A stretch of 64,000 nucleotides of DNA, taken from assembly GCA_965197585.1 (NCBI GenBank), contig OZ240215.1, forward strand, positions 1,408,001 to 1,472,000. The letters are read 5' to 3'. A model generated the notes under the pieces. It worked only from the letters and a program-made list of their open reading frames with translations, searched no databases and was not told the origin of the DNA. A program made the position numbers and the translations under genes. Shown here in pieces: positions 39,760-49,176 of the stretch (within the stretch, counting starts at the first letter, position 1; each line of letters begins with the position of its first letter). This stretch comes from Dehalococcoidia bacterium. GTDB lineage: Bacteria > Chloroflexota > Dehalococcoidia > Plut-88900.

Positions 39760-40839
39760 TCAATTCGCGCTGAACCCGTACAGGGAAGCGGCGTTTGAGC
39801 TGACTATCTGCTGCTTATGTTCCTCCTGCACCCCCGCGAACTGCCTCTCTATCGCCTCCCGGGACTTGGGCCACGTGCCTTCGTGGTGAGGGTAGTCGTT
39901 GCCCCAGAGCAGGCACCCGGCGCCCGTGAACGAGATGTTAGCCAGCCCCACCGCATCCTCCCCGAAGGTCGCATATCCCTGCCTTCGGAAATAATCGCTG
40001 GGCTTCATGTCCAGCTTGGGCCTCACATACATGTGGTGCTTGTCCGCTCCTTCATCCATCGCGAGCATGTTCCAGGCAATCCACCCTATCCCCGACTCCA
40101 CGATCACGAACTTCATCTTCGGGTGATTCATCAGCACCCCCGAGGAGCACAGGTACGTCGTCACGTCTATCCCGTCGACCAGCGCGCCCATCACGTAGTT
40201 GATGATCGCCCCACCGGGCCCCCGCTCGATGCGCGGGTCACGGCCGCTGCTTATGTGAAAGTTCGCAGGCAGCCCCACTTCCTCTATTGCACTCCAGAGG
40301 GGCTCGTACTCGGGTCTGTTGTAGGGGAGGGGCTGCTTGCTGGGCAGGAACATCGACCCCATCCCCATCTTCGCCGTCCGGTAGACCTCTTCAACGGCGC
40401 CCTGGATATCGATCACCGGAATAAGAGCCGCCAATGCGAACCTCTCCCTGTGCGCACCGAAGAGCTCAGCAGCCCAGTCGTTGTAGGTTCGTGCCGCGGC
40501 CAGCTGAAAACCCGGGTCCGGAGACGCCGTCAATTCCAGCCCGTAGTTCGGGTAGATCACCTCTGCCGCTACGCCGTCCGTCTCCTGCGCCTCAAGTCGG
40601 ACGTTGACATTCCATCCACCCTTGACCGCTTCCTCTCGTAATAGGTCGTCCTTCCCCATCTCTTCCGTGCCCAGCTCGACCTTCCTCGGGCGCAGGCCGT
40701 CCCTGATTTCCAGCAGCCTCCCATCGACTACCTTCCTGTGGGGCGCCTTCTCCCGGTAGTCCGCAGGCATCCTTTCCTGCCACATGCTAAGCGGTTCGTC
40801 CACGTGAGAGTCCGCCGATATCAGCTTGTAGTCCATCAT
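39760..40839 (-). CDS. Amidohydrolase family 2 protein
   Basis: ISADSHV, ESGIGW and WGNDYPHHEGTWP motifs. Confidence 0.88.
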   Translation of the reverse strand: MMDYKLISADSHVDEPLSMWQERMPADYREKAPHRKVVDGRLLEIRDGLRPRKVELGTEEMGKDDLLREEAVKGGWNVNVRLEAQETDGVAAEVIYPNYGLELTASPDPGFQLAAARTYNDWAAELFGAHRERFALAALIPVIDIQGAVEEVYRTAKMGMGSMFLPSKQPLPYNRPEYEPLWSAIEEVGLPANFHISSGRDPRIERGPGGAIINYVMGALVDGIDVTTYLCSSGVLMNHPKMKFVIVESGIGWIAWNMLAMDEGADKHHMYVRPKLDMKPSDYFRRQGYATFGEDAVGLANISFTGAGCLLWGNDYPHHEGTWPKSREAIERQFAGVQEEHKQQIVSSNAASLYGFSAN

Positions 40840-40897
40840 GCCACTACTCCTTTCAGGTCGTTCTCACCCGATTATTGTCCACGACTAGGCGTCCAGT

Positions 40898-42106
40898 TTA
40901 GCCGAATGCCCCATCTTCCTTCAAACGGGCAAACTCCTCGGCGCTGAACCCCCCGACGCCCGTCATCACCTCTTCGTTATGCTCCCCCAGGGCCGGAGCC
41001 GCAGCCACCCTGCCCACGGGAGTCCCGGAAAACGCCAGCGGAACACCTGCCGCCGGTATCCTGCCCCGCGTAGGGTGGTCAATGTCGGTGACGTAGTTGT
41101 TGGCTCGAGCCTGGGGGTCGGCCGCCAGTTCCGCCATCGAGTTAACCGGCGAGTACGCCATCTCCAGCCCTGCCTCCTCAAGCGTACTCACCCACTCGGC
41201 CAGCGTCTTCTTGGCGAATATCTCATCGAGTTTGCCCATCAACCCCGCCCACCCCTCATCCTGCGGCGACGTCGCCGCCAGTTCCCCAGCCCCGATTGCG
41301 TTGCAAAACTCCTCCCACCATCGGTCGGGGTCCGGTTCGCAGAACATTAGCCACCGGCCGTCCGCACACTGGTACCAGTTGTATAGCAAACTGGTGGATT
41401 GAGACCTGTCATTCCTGGCATGCAACGGAGACCCTTCGCCCGGCGGCAAGTTCAAATCGGGGAACCTATCCGACCACAAGGCATAGTTAACCGCACCATG
41501 CTGGAAGTGCATCGCGCTCCCCAGCAGCGACCCCTGCACCATCTGCCCGTGCCCCGTCCGCTCCCGATTCACCAGCGCCGCAAGGATTCCATATGTCATT
41601 ACCGTGCCCGTGTTCTGGTCGAAAAGGCCGCCCTCCAAAAGAAGCGGCTCGGCCTCTAATCCTCCACTTATCATTGCGGTGAAACCGCTCCGCGCCTGGA
41701 CCAGCGCCTCGAAGGCCCTCCGGTCCTTGTCCTTGCCCAGGGGCCCCCATGCTCCAACGTGCCCGTAAACGAGCCTGCTGTTTATCCCCGAGAGAGTCTC
41801 GTAGTCAGCACCCAGGCGCTCCAGCAAGGCCGTATGGAAGTTCGATACGAAGACGTCCGCCCTGCCGACCAGCCGATACAGCGCTTCCTTGCCCGATTCC
41901 TTCTTCAAGTCCAGCGTAACGCTCTTCTTGTTCCGGTTCACGGCGTCGAACCAGAAGGTGCCCTTGGACCGGGTCGGGTCTCCGCCGTCAGGGCGCTCTA
42001 TCTTGAGCACCTCGGCCCCGAGGTCGCCCAATATGTACCCGATGGGAGGCCCAACGTGTATAACCGCCATCTCCACAACTCTGATTCCGTCTAATGGTCC
42101 CGGCAT
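40898..42106 (-). CDS. CaiB/BaiF family III CoA-transferase
   Basis: PLDGIRVVE, DLGAEVLKIE, NRNKKSVTLDLK and APALGEHN motifs. Confidence 0.9.
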   Translation of the reverse strand: MPGPLDGIRVVEMAVIHVGPPIGYILGDLGAEVLKIERPDGGDPTRSKGTFWFDAVNRNKKSVTLDLKKESGKEALYRLVGRADVFVSNFHTALLERLGADYETLSGINSRLVYGHVGAWGPLGKDKDRRAFEALVQARSGFTAMISGGLEAEPLLLEGGLFDQNTGTVMTYGILAALVNRERTGHGQMVQGSLLGSAMHFQHGAVNYALWSDRFPDLNLPPGEGSPLHARNDRSQSTSLLYNWYQCADGRWLMFCEPDPDRWWEEFCNAIGAGELAATSPQDEGWAGLMGKLDEIFAKKTLAEWVSTLEEAGLEMAYSPVNSMAELAADPQARANNYVTDIDHPTRGRIPAAGVPLAFSGTPVGRVAAAPALGEHNEEVMTGVGGFSAEEFARLKEDGAFG

Positions 42107-42182
42107 AGCTCCTCCTCAGTCGAGCGTTTGGGTTTCCTTTAATATCGGGTGGGACATTATGTTAAGACTTTCCCTTCCCCGA

Positions 42183-43586
42183 CTAGTTCTTCGCAATCTC
42201 CGGCACCCGACCCGTCCAGGGCCGAGCCTGCTCCAAAGCCGCCGAGGCCCGCAGCACAGTCATCTCATCACCCCACCTCCCCACCACCTGCAGTCCTATC
42301 GGCAGCCCATCCGACGAAAACCCGCAGGGCACGCTGGCCGCGGGATTTCCGGCTATGTTGAAACTTGCGGTGAAAGGCGCTGCTCCCCACAGCTTGCTGA
42401 CCTCCTGCCCGGCAATCTCCCGGGGCCGAGCCCCGATGGGATACGCAGGCACGGCAGTCGTGGGAGTCAATAGCAGGTCGTATTCCTCAAAGAAATCTTC
42501 CATCCTGGCCCGGAACTTCCACAGTTTCGACATGGCCCTGGCGTAGTCCGTCCCCATTGCCCGTTGCCCGGCCTCCAGGGTCGACTTCACGTAGTTCATC
42601 AACTGGTCTCCGTGGCTCTCCAGCAGAGACCCGTTGTTTGCGTACTCTTCCACTATGACTATGGGGCCAAATATACCGAACGGCGCCCCCGACTCCGGCG
42701 TCGCATCCTCCAGCGAGCATCCCATCCCCTCGAAAAGCTCCGCCGTTTCCCGCGTCTTGATCAACACCTCCTCGTCCACCACCCCATACCCCAAGTCCGA
42801 GCTCCACGCCACTTTCAAACCCTTCACCTCACCGTCCAGAGCTTCCAGAAAGTCTGGCGCTTCCGAGCGTATGGCGAGGCTGTCCCGGGAATCGTGGCCC
42901 GATATCTGGTTCAGCATCAGGGCCGCATCCCTCACGCTCCGGCTCATCGGCCCACTGTCCGAAAACAGCGCCCAACCTCCGTCCTTTGACGGGACCCTGC
43001 CGTGCGTCGGCTTGATCCCGTACACCCCACAGAATGCGGCTGGCACCCTGATCGAGCCCCCGCCGTCGCTCCCCGTGGCCAGAGGGCAGATATACGCCGC
43101 CAAGGCTGCTCCTGACCCACCACTCGAACCACCCGGCGTCCGGCCCGTATCCCACGGGTTCCGGCAGTCGTCTCCCAGCCGGTTCTCGGTGCTCGTAGAC
43201 TGCCCGAATTCCGGGGTGTTCGTCTTACCCAGAACTATCGCCCCGGCCTTCCTCAGCCTCTCCACAATTATGGAGTCTTCATCAGGCACGTTGTCCTTAA
43301 ATGCCAGCGAACCGAATGTAGTCCTGATTCCCTTCGTTGCCTCCAGGTCCTTTACGGCGACGGGAATCCCGTGAAGGGACGGCATATCCGGCCCCGCGCT
43401 CTTCTCCGCCTCCCTCGCCGACTCCATAGCCTCGTCACCGCACACCGTGAGAAAGGCGTTGAGAGTCGGGTTGAAGGCCTCGATCCTCCGCAGGCAGGCC
43501 TCGATGAGCTCCACCGGCGACACCTGACGGGACGATATCAGGCCGGCCAGTTCTGTCGTGTCTTTTCTGATTAGATCATTGGTCAC
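42183..43586 (-). CDS. Amidase signature family enzyme
   Basis: VAVKD, GKTNTPEF, GGSSGGS and GSDGGGSIRVPA motifs. Confidence 0.92.
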   Translation of the reverse strand: MTNDLIRKDTTELAGLISSRQVSPVELIEACLRRIEAFNPTLNAFLTVCGDEAMESAREAEKSAGPDMPSLHGIPVAVKDLEATKGIRTTFGSLAFKDNVPDEDSIIVERLRKAGAIVLGKTNTPEFGQSTSTENRLGDDCRNPWDTGRTPGGSSGGSGAALAAYICPLATGSDGGGSIRVPAAFCGVYGIKPTHGRVPSKDGGWALFSDSGPMSRSVRDAALMLNQISGHDSRDSLAIRSEAPDFLEALDGEVKGLKVAWSSDLGYGVVDEEVLIKTRETAELFEGMGCSLEDATPESGAPFGIFGPIVIVEEYANNGSLLESHGDQLMNYVKSTLEAGQRAMGTDYARAMSKLWKFRARMEDFFEEYDLLLTPTTAVPAYPIGARPREIAGQEVSKLWGAAPFTASFNIAGNPAASVPCGFSSDGLPIGLQVVGRWGDEMTVLRASAALEQARPWTGRVPEIAKN

Positions 43587-43730
43587 AGATCGGGTTCCTC
43601 CGGTGCAAGGTTCGGCCGAGCGAGTTCATTCGATAAACTGGACACGGAAAATGAGCGAGTGCGGTTCGGCCCGATTATAGGAATCGCCCGACAACACGGT
43701 CAAGGTTGACGCCCCTCCCCCTTCTCACCC

Positions 43731-44090
43731 CACCATTCCGATGCCCCGCGAGGAACCTAGGGCATAAGCCCGCCACTCACCTATTTAATCCCCAACCCCA
43801 CCCCCGCCCCCGAGCCGGAATCCAGGGAGGGGCCGCTCACACTGAGCCTGTTGTAAGTCCGCTGAGGCGGACCGAAGGGTCGAGCGGGGGCCACCCCACA
43901 CTGCCATCCCCCATCCGTCTTTCCTACGGAGGCAGGTCGCAGATGCGCCAAGGCGTGAACCCATCCCCCCTGAAGGCGCACCCCCGCCGAGCCGGGACTC
44001 CCTTCCCCAGGGGCTGTGGGGCCGCTCACCCTGAGGCACTCGAAGGGTCGAGCGGGAGGCCCCACACTTGCCGACCCGTCGCGCCTTCCC
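43731..44090. repeat. Mosaic of REP-like palindromic repeats (cluster 2)
   Basis: CATTCCGATGCCCCGCGAGGAACCTAG at 43734; GGGCCGCTCAC.CTGAG...CGAAGGGTCGAGCGG at about 43830-43886 and 44019-44055. Confidence 0.8.
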
Positions 44091-44111
44091 CCCAAAAGTG
44101 ACACGAACCCC

Positions 44112-44141
44112 TTGACCTAATCAGGACATCTGTACTATTAT
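44112..44141 (+). promoter_or_regulatory. sigma70 promoter with LexA-like box (element copy 3)
   Basis: TTGACC-18-TATTAT; GGAC-ATCT-GTAC at 44124-44135. Confidence 0.75.
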
Positions 44142-44147
44142 CCCCCT

Positions 44148-44750
44148 TGAATGGCCAATCACACACCCTAAACCCAAGGAGGAACACACAACCCAGGGGG
44201 AACACCAGCCCCGGCCCCGAGGACTCAACGCCTAAGCCCATCCCAACGGCCCTCGCGCAGGCCCGCGGCACAAGCGAAAGTCGCCATCTCCTCATCCCAC
44301 CGGGTCCCGTGTCCTCTTCCCTGACCCCCATCAGGCGATGGATGGTCCACAATTTTAAGCGGCACGCTCCCCTCAAAGGAGCCCTGCCCAAATGAGCCCC
44401 GCTCACGCCGGGCCAAACACCTCGGGCCTTTACGCCCTTGGAAACATCTCCCCCGTCGTTCCCTTCGGAGACCCCCATACAACCAGCGACGGCAGCGAGA
44501 AAACGTGCTCCCCACCCCTCCGAGTGGGTCAGCCAAAACTGGTGGTAGAGATGCCCTCAAGCGAGAACCCCTCGCTTGTCTACCACGTGATAACAGAAGC
44601 ACGGGGCTGAACCAGGCTGGCCTCCCGCCCCCTGAATCCGAGTCCCGGACCTTCCATCGCCTGCCCTCCGTCACCAAGTAACAAAGTGAAAACGAAATCC
44701 CAACTGAATACACAATCCCTGAAGGGAAGACCCGCCGGTCTCCCTGGGAT
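44148..44750 (+). ncRNA. Putative large structured ncRNA, family copy 3
   Basis: Leader homologous to copy 1; 16/17-bp long-range helix 44332-44348/44647-44663; AACTGAA at 44702; terminal hairpin 44715-44750. Confidence 0.6.
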
Positions 44751-44805
44751 GGCAGCACCGCAATTTGTAACCCCCCGAGACGGGGCACTATAATTGCAAC
44801 CTGCC

Positions 44806-45543
44806 ATGCCGGAACCCAAGACTCGCGCCTCCATCTTCATAACCTGCCTCGTTGACCAGTTCTATCCCCAGGTAGGCGAGGCTATGGTAAAGGTACTGCG
44901 GGACCAGGGCGTGCAGCTTTCCTTCCCTCAAGCCCAGACCTGCTGCGGCCAGCCCGCTTTTAACGCGGGTTTCCAGTCCGAGGCCCGAGACCTCGCCAAA
45001 CGCTTCATCTCGATCTTCGAAGGCGACGACTATATCGTGGCCCCTTCCGGTTCATGCACTTCAATGGTCCGGGTCTACTATCCCGACCTCTTCAAAGACG
45101 ACCCCGAGATGCTCGAAAAGGCCCGCAGCCTCGGGGCCCGTACTTATGAGTTCTCCGAGTTTCTCGTTAAGGTTCTCGGCGTCGAGGATGTAAATGCAAC
45201 CCATAATGGCTCGGTGACCTACCACCCTTCCTGCCATCTTTTGAGAGAGCTCAAAGTCCGTAACGAGCCAACGCAGCTTCTAAGTAATGTGAAGAGAATA
45301 GAAATCAAGGACCTCCCCGATGCCGAACAGTGCTGCGGGTTCGGAGGCTCCTTTGCAGTCAAGTATCCTCACATATCGGGCTCCATTCTCCAACGCAAGC
45401 TCGACTGCATCCGTAATTCGGGCGCCGACACCCTCGTCGCCAATGATGCCGGGTGCCTCATGCAGATGGCGGGTGGACTGAAACGCCAAAATATCCCCGT
45501 CCAGGCCCGACACATCGCCGAGATTCTCGCCTCCAGGGAATAG
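44806..45543 (+). CDS. lutA: L-lactate utilization protein LutA (CCG domains)
   Basis: FITCLVD, QTCCGQPAFNAG, PSGSC, YHPSCH and CCGFGG motifs. Confidence 0.92.
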   Translation: MPEPKTRASIFITCLVDQFYPQVGEAMVKVLRDQGVQLSFPQAQTCCGQPAFNAGFQSEARDLAKRFISIFEGDDYIVAPSGSCTSMVRVYYPDLFKDDPEMLEKARSLGARTYEFSEFLVKVLGVEDVNATHNGSVTYHPSCHLLRELKVRNEPTQLLSNVKRIEIKDLPDAEQCCGFGGSFAVKYPHISGSILQRKLDCIRNSGADTLVANDAGCLMQMAGGLKRQNIPVQARHIAEILASRE

Positions 45544-45572
45544 CACTCTGCCTCTTCGATAGAACATATAAC

Positions 45573-47021
45573 ATGGAGATCAAGACCAAAGACTTCAACG
45601 CAGGCTCCCGACGCGCCGTTAAGAACGTGCGAGTCCAGCAGGCCGCCCAACGCGCCACCGGCAACCTCCTCCGGGAGCGCAACAACGCCGCGGCCAACCT
45701 TCCCGAATGGGAGGAACTCCGAGACCGCGCACGGGAGATCAAGGCTCATACCATCGAAAGACTGGACGACTACCTCGCCCTGTTTGCCGACTCCGTAGAG
45801 AAGGCCGGTGGCAAGGTGGTATGGGCGAGCACTGCCCAGGAGGCCGCCGAGTACGTTGTCTCCCTCGCTAGGGAGAAGGGTGTCCGCACCGTGGTCAAGG
45901 GCAAATCCATGGCCACCGAGGAGATAGACCTCAATCACAAGCTTGAAGAGGTGGGCGTCGAGGCCATAGAGACCGACCTCGGTGAATACATGATCCAGCT
46001 CGCCGGCGAGACTCCCTACCACATCATCGCCCCAGCTATTCACAAGACTCGGCAGGACTTCGGCCAACTATTCTCAGAGCACCTATCCATCCCCTACGAG
46101 GAAGACCCCCAGCGCCTGACCCAGATCGCCCGGCACGCCCTCCGGGAGAAGTTCAGCCAGGCCGACATGGGCGTCACGGGCGCAAACTTCGGCATCGCCG
46201 AAACCGGCACCATCGTCCTCGTAGAAAACGAAGGCAACCAGCGGCTCTCCACATCCCTTCCACCCATTCACGTCTCCATAATGGGCATGGAGAAGGTCAT
46301 ACCCACCCTCCAGGACCTGTCCGTATTTCTCGCTCTTCTCCCCCGCAGCGCTACGGGCCAACAGGCAAGCTCTTACGTATCCATGATCACCGGGCCCCGA
46401 GCCCCGGGCGAGATTGACGGCCCCGAAGAGTTCCACATGGTCATCCTGGACAATGGCCGCAGCCGTATCCTCGCCGACCCCGCCATGCGCGAGTCCCTGT
46501 ACTGCATCCGTTGTGCAGCCTGCCTTAACATATGCCCCGTATACAACTCTGTCGGGGGTCACGCCTACGGGTGGGTCTACTCAGGCCCCATCGGTTCGAT
46601 TATCACGCCAGAGATAGTCGGGATCGGGGAGGCTAAGGACCTGCCCGCCGCATCGACTCTGTGCGGGGCGTGCCGGGATGTCTGCCCTATCAAAATCGAC
46701 ATCCCCCACATGCTCCTCAACCTCCGGCACAAGGCCGCCCAACCGAAGCCGAACGATCCCGTTACAAATGGCGCCGGGGCCCCCCTCCTTGAAAAATGGG
46801 TCATGCGTGCCTGGGCCGCGACTATGAAAAGCAAGATGGCCTACTCCACCGCAACCGGCCTCGCACGACTCACCCAGAAACCCCTTTCGAGAAACGGATA
46901 TCTCAGATGGCTCCCACCGTTCCTCAGGGGATGGACTGACCACCGGGAGTTTCCCGCCCTCGCCCCCCGCTCATTTGCGCAGTTGTGGAACGAAAGGCTA
47001 TCCAAAGATGCCCCTGACTAG
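45573..47021 (+). CDS. lutB: L-lactate utilization Fe-S protein LutB
   Basis: KSMATEE, ETDLGE, NEGN, CIRCAACLNICPVY and LCGACRDVCP motifs. Confidence 0.94.
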   Translation: MEIKTKDFNAGSRRAVKNVRVQQAAQRATGNLLRERNNAAANLPEWEELRDRAREIKAHTIERLDDYLALFADSVEKAGGKVVWASTAQEAAEYVVSLAREKGVRTVVKGKSMATEEIDLNHKLEEVGVEAIETDLGEYMIQLAGETPYHIIAPAIHKTRQDFGQLFSEHLSIPYEEDPQRLTQIARHALREKFSQADMGVTGANFGIAETGTIVLVENEGNQRLSTSLPPIHVSIMGMEKVIPTLQDLSVFLALLPRSATGQQASSYVSMITGPRAPGEIDGPEEFHMVILDNGRSRILADPAMRESLYCIRCAACLNICPVYNSVGGHAYGWVYSGPIGSIITPEIVGIGEAKDLPAASTLCGACRDVCPIKIDIPHMLLNLRHKAAQPKPNDPVTNGAGAPLLEKWVMRAWAATMKSKMAYSTATGLARLTQKPLSRNGYLRWLPPFLRGWTDHREFPALAPRSFAQLWNERLSKDAPD

Positions 47022-47715
47022 CCGGGAAGCCTTCCTTACAACCGTCCGCCGAAGCCTCGGCAGGGCCGGGACCACCGCGCCCCCATCAAACGGAGTTACC
47101 CACGCTGAAACCGACAGTTCGATTCCTCCAAAAACTCCCGATCTTGACCGTGAACAGCTAATCTCACGCTTTGCAGAAGAGGTGAAGAAAGTCCACGGCG
47201 TCGTTACACGGGTGTCGGGGCGAAACAAGCTATCCGCACTCTTGGGCGCTCTCATTGAGGAGAAGGGTATAAAAAGAATAGTCAGGTGGGATACCGCGGC
47301 TCTCTCGAGCCTCGACCCTGCTCTCATTGGCGCTGGCGCAGAGGTAATCCCTATCAATCTGAACGAAGACGAAGCCTCTCGTTCCGAACTGAGGAACGCC
47401 CTCATCGACGCTGATATGGGACTCACCGAGGTCGATTACGCCATCGCAGATATCGGCTCCCTGGTACTACGAGCCTCCGGCCCGCAGAGCCGGCTTTCAT
47501 CCGTTCTCCCCCCAATCCACGTAGCGATTGTCGCTTCCGATAGGATCGTCGCTTCCCTGGCACATCTCCTGCCCCTGCTCAATTCTTCGGAGAAACTCCC
47601 GTCCGCCGTGGCCCTGGTCACGGGCCCTTCCCGCACCGCCGACATCGAGACCATCCGCACCGTCGGGATTCACGGGCCCGTTGAGCTCCACGTCGTAATC
47701 CTGGACGTAGAGTGA
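47008..47715 (+). CDS. lutC: LutC (LUD domain)
   Basis: LPPIHVA, TGPSRTADIE and GIHGP motifs. Confidence 0.9.
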   Translation: MPLTSREAFLTTVRRSLGRAGTTAPPSNGVTHAETDSSIPPKTPDLDREQLISRFAEEVKKVHGVVTRVSGRNKLSALLGALIEEKGIKRIVRWDTAALSSLDPALIGAGAEVIPINLNEDEASRSELRNALIDADMGLTEVDYAIADIGSLVLRASGPQSRLSSVLPPIHVAIVASDRIVASLAHLLPLLNSSEKLPSAVALVTGPSRTADIETIRTVGIHGPVELHVVILDVE

Positions 47716-47740
47716 TCCTAATTATCTTGTCGACAACAGC

Positions 47741-47795
47741 TGTTCTTGACTAGCTAACGTTTGTTATTGACTAACTACCTCTGCACCGCTATATT
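47741..47795 (+). promoter_or_regulatory. Promoter of the ABC operon with a tandem direct-repeat operator
   Basis: TTGACT(47767)-17-TATATT(47790); TGTTCTTGACTAGCTA and TGTTATTGACTAACTA repeated at 21-nt spacing. Confidence 0.6.
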
Positions 47796-47856
47796 GCAGC
47801 TTACAGTCCCGTCCTGCGACCCGGTGGGTATAGGATCAGTTGTAAGGAGGGTGTGT

Positions 47857-49047
47857 ATGCGAGTTCAGAAGAAGACCTTGCTGTTCCTGCTGGGACTGTT
47901 AACAGTCCTGGCTGTCTTGGCCCTGGCATGTGGAGGTGGTGATGGGGAGGACGACGAGGGCCCCTTCAGGGTTGGCGTCATGGAATCCGTTACGGGCGCC
48001 GGCGAAACCTACGGCGTGATGGCCGTGCAGGCCAAGCAGATGGCCGTCGACGAGATCAACGAGGCCGGCGGCATCAACGGCCGCATGCTCGAGATTATCG
48101 TCGAGGACGAAAAGTGCAACGCTCAGGACTCCATCACTGCCTACAAGAAACTCACCGAAGTTGATGGCGTGAAGATTATCCTCGGCACGTCCTGCAGCGG
48201 AGCAATGCTCGGCGCAGCCCCATTGGCAGAGGAAGACGGCGTTGTCATTTTCTCCGGCCTAGCCACCAACCCCGACATTGCCGACGCCGGGGACTACATC
48301 TTCAGGACGTCTTTGAACGACGCCCTCGTCGGCATCGACACCGGCAATGCGATGTGGGTGGACGGCCACCGTACAATGGCCACCATTACCGAGAACACTG
48401 ACTACGCAGAAGGCGTGCGACGCACGACCGTGGACAGGTTTGAGGAGCTCGGCGGCTCCGTCGTTGCGGAGGAGCACTACGCCTCCGACGTAACCGACTT
48501 CAGGACCCAGTTGACTAAAATTATCGGCGAGGAACCCGACGCCCTGCATGTCTCCGCTCAGTCTGAGTTCACCGGCGGCACCATAATCAAGCAGGTCCGG
48601 GAGCTTGGCTGGGAAGGCCCCATCTTCGCCGAGATCGTGGCCGTCGGCCCCACCGCCCAGGAGATCGCAGGTGATGCGATCACCGGAGCAAAGGGCATAG
48701 CCGCCGCGGGCTTGGACCCGTCCAACACCAAGGCCATGGAAGTCCTCCAGAACTTCCAGGAGCGCTACGAATACATCGTCTTCCCCTGGTATCTCGGCTC
48801 CGCCTACGACGACGTCTACATCACCGCCGAGTGCCTCAAGCAGACCAATGACGACCAGGACGCCGACGGTTTCAGGGACTGCCTCTACGACATCACCTGG
48901 AGCGGCACCATCGGAGAAAACTACAGCTTCGACGAAAAGGGCGAAGTCGAGGGCCTCTCTAACGTCGTCGTTGAAATCCTGCCCGTGAGCGAGAGGACGA
49001 CGGACAACCAGGGCTTCAAAATCCTCGGTCCTGCGCCCATTCCCTAG
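47857..49047 (+). CDS. HAAT/Liv-type ABC transporter substrate-binding lipoprotein
   Basis: Lipobox LALAC, EINEAGGINGR, YIFRT and TDFRTQLTKI motifs; AAGGAGG SD. Confidence 0.9.
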   Translation: MRVQKKTLLFLLGLLTVLAVLALACGGGDGEDDEGPFRVGVMESVTGAGETYGVMAVQAKQMAVDEINEAGGINGRMLEIIVEDEKCNAQDSITAYKKLTEVDGVKIILGTSCSGAMLGAAPLAEEDGVVIFSGLATNPDIADAGDYIFRTSLNDALVGIDTGNAMWVDGHRTMATITENTDYAEGVRRTTVDRFEELGGSVVAEEHYASDVTDFRTQLTKIIGEEPDALHVSAQSEFTGGTIIKQVRELGWEGPIFAEIVAVGPTAQEIAGDAITGAKGIAAAGLDPSNTKAMEVLQNFQERYEYIVFPWYLGSAYDDVYITAECLKQTNDDQDADGFRDCLYDITWSGTIGENYSFDEKGEVEGLSNVVVEILPVSERTTDNQGFKILGPAPIP

Positions 49048-49176
49048 ACCCGAACAAGACTTAGCGTTGGGTGGTCGGCCCAAACCGGGCCGGCCGCCCG
49101 TCCCAACATAGTCCCTGGCCCTGCTCCCCTGGCCCTCTGTGGTAGGGAGATTCTCAATTGATCAGCAGGTGAAAAA

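Noticed and set aside
42183-43586. Amidase as gatA
   Set aside because: Not linked to gatB or gatC, lacks the GatA-specific ASSNLARFDG-type segment, and sits in a catabolic operon.
43706-44840. Overlapping short ORFs between the amidase gene and lutA
   Set aside because: They are translations of palindromic repeats and the ncRNA-like element.
47733-47744. CAAC-AGCT-GTTC as an SOS box before the ABC operon
   Set aside because: Single imperfect match overlapping the direct repeat; not in the conserved position seen at the three element promoters.
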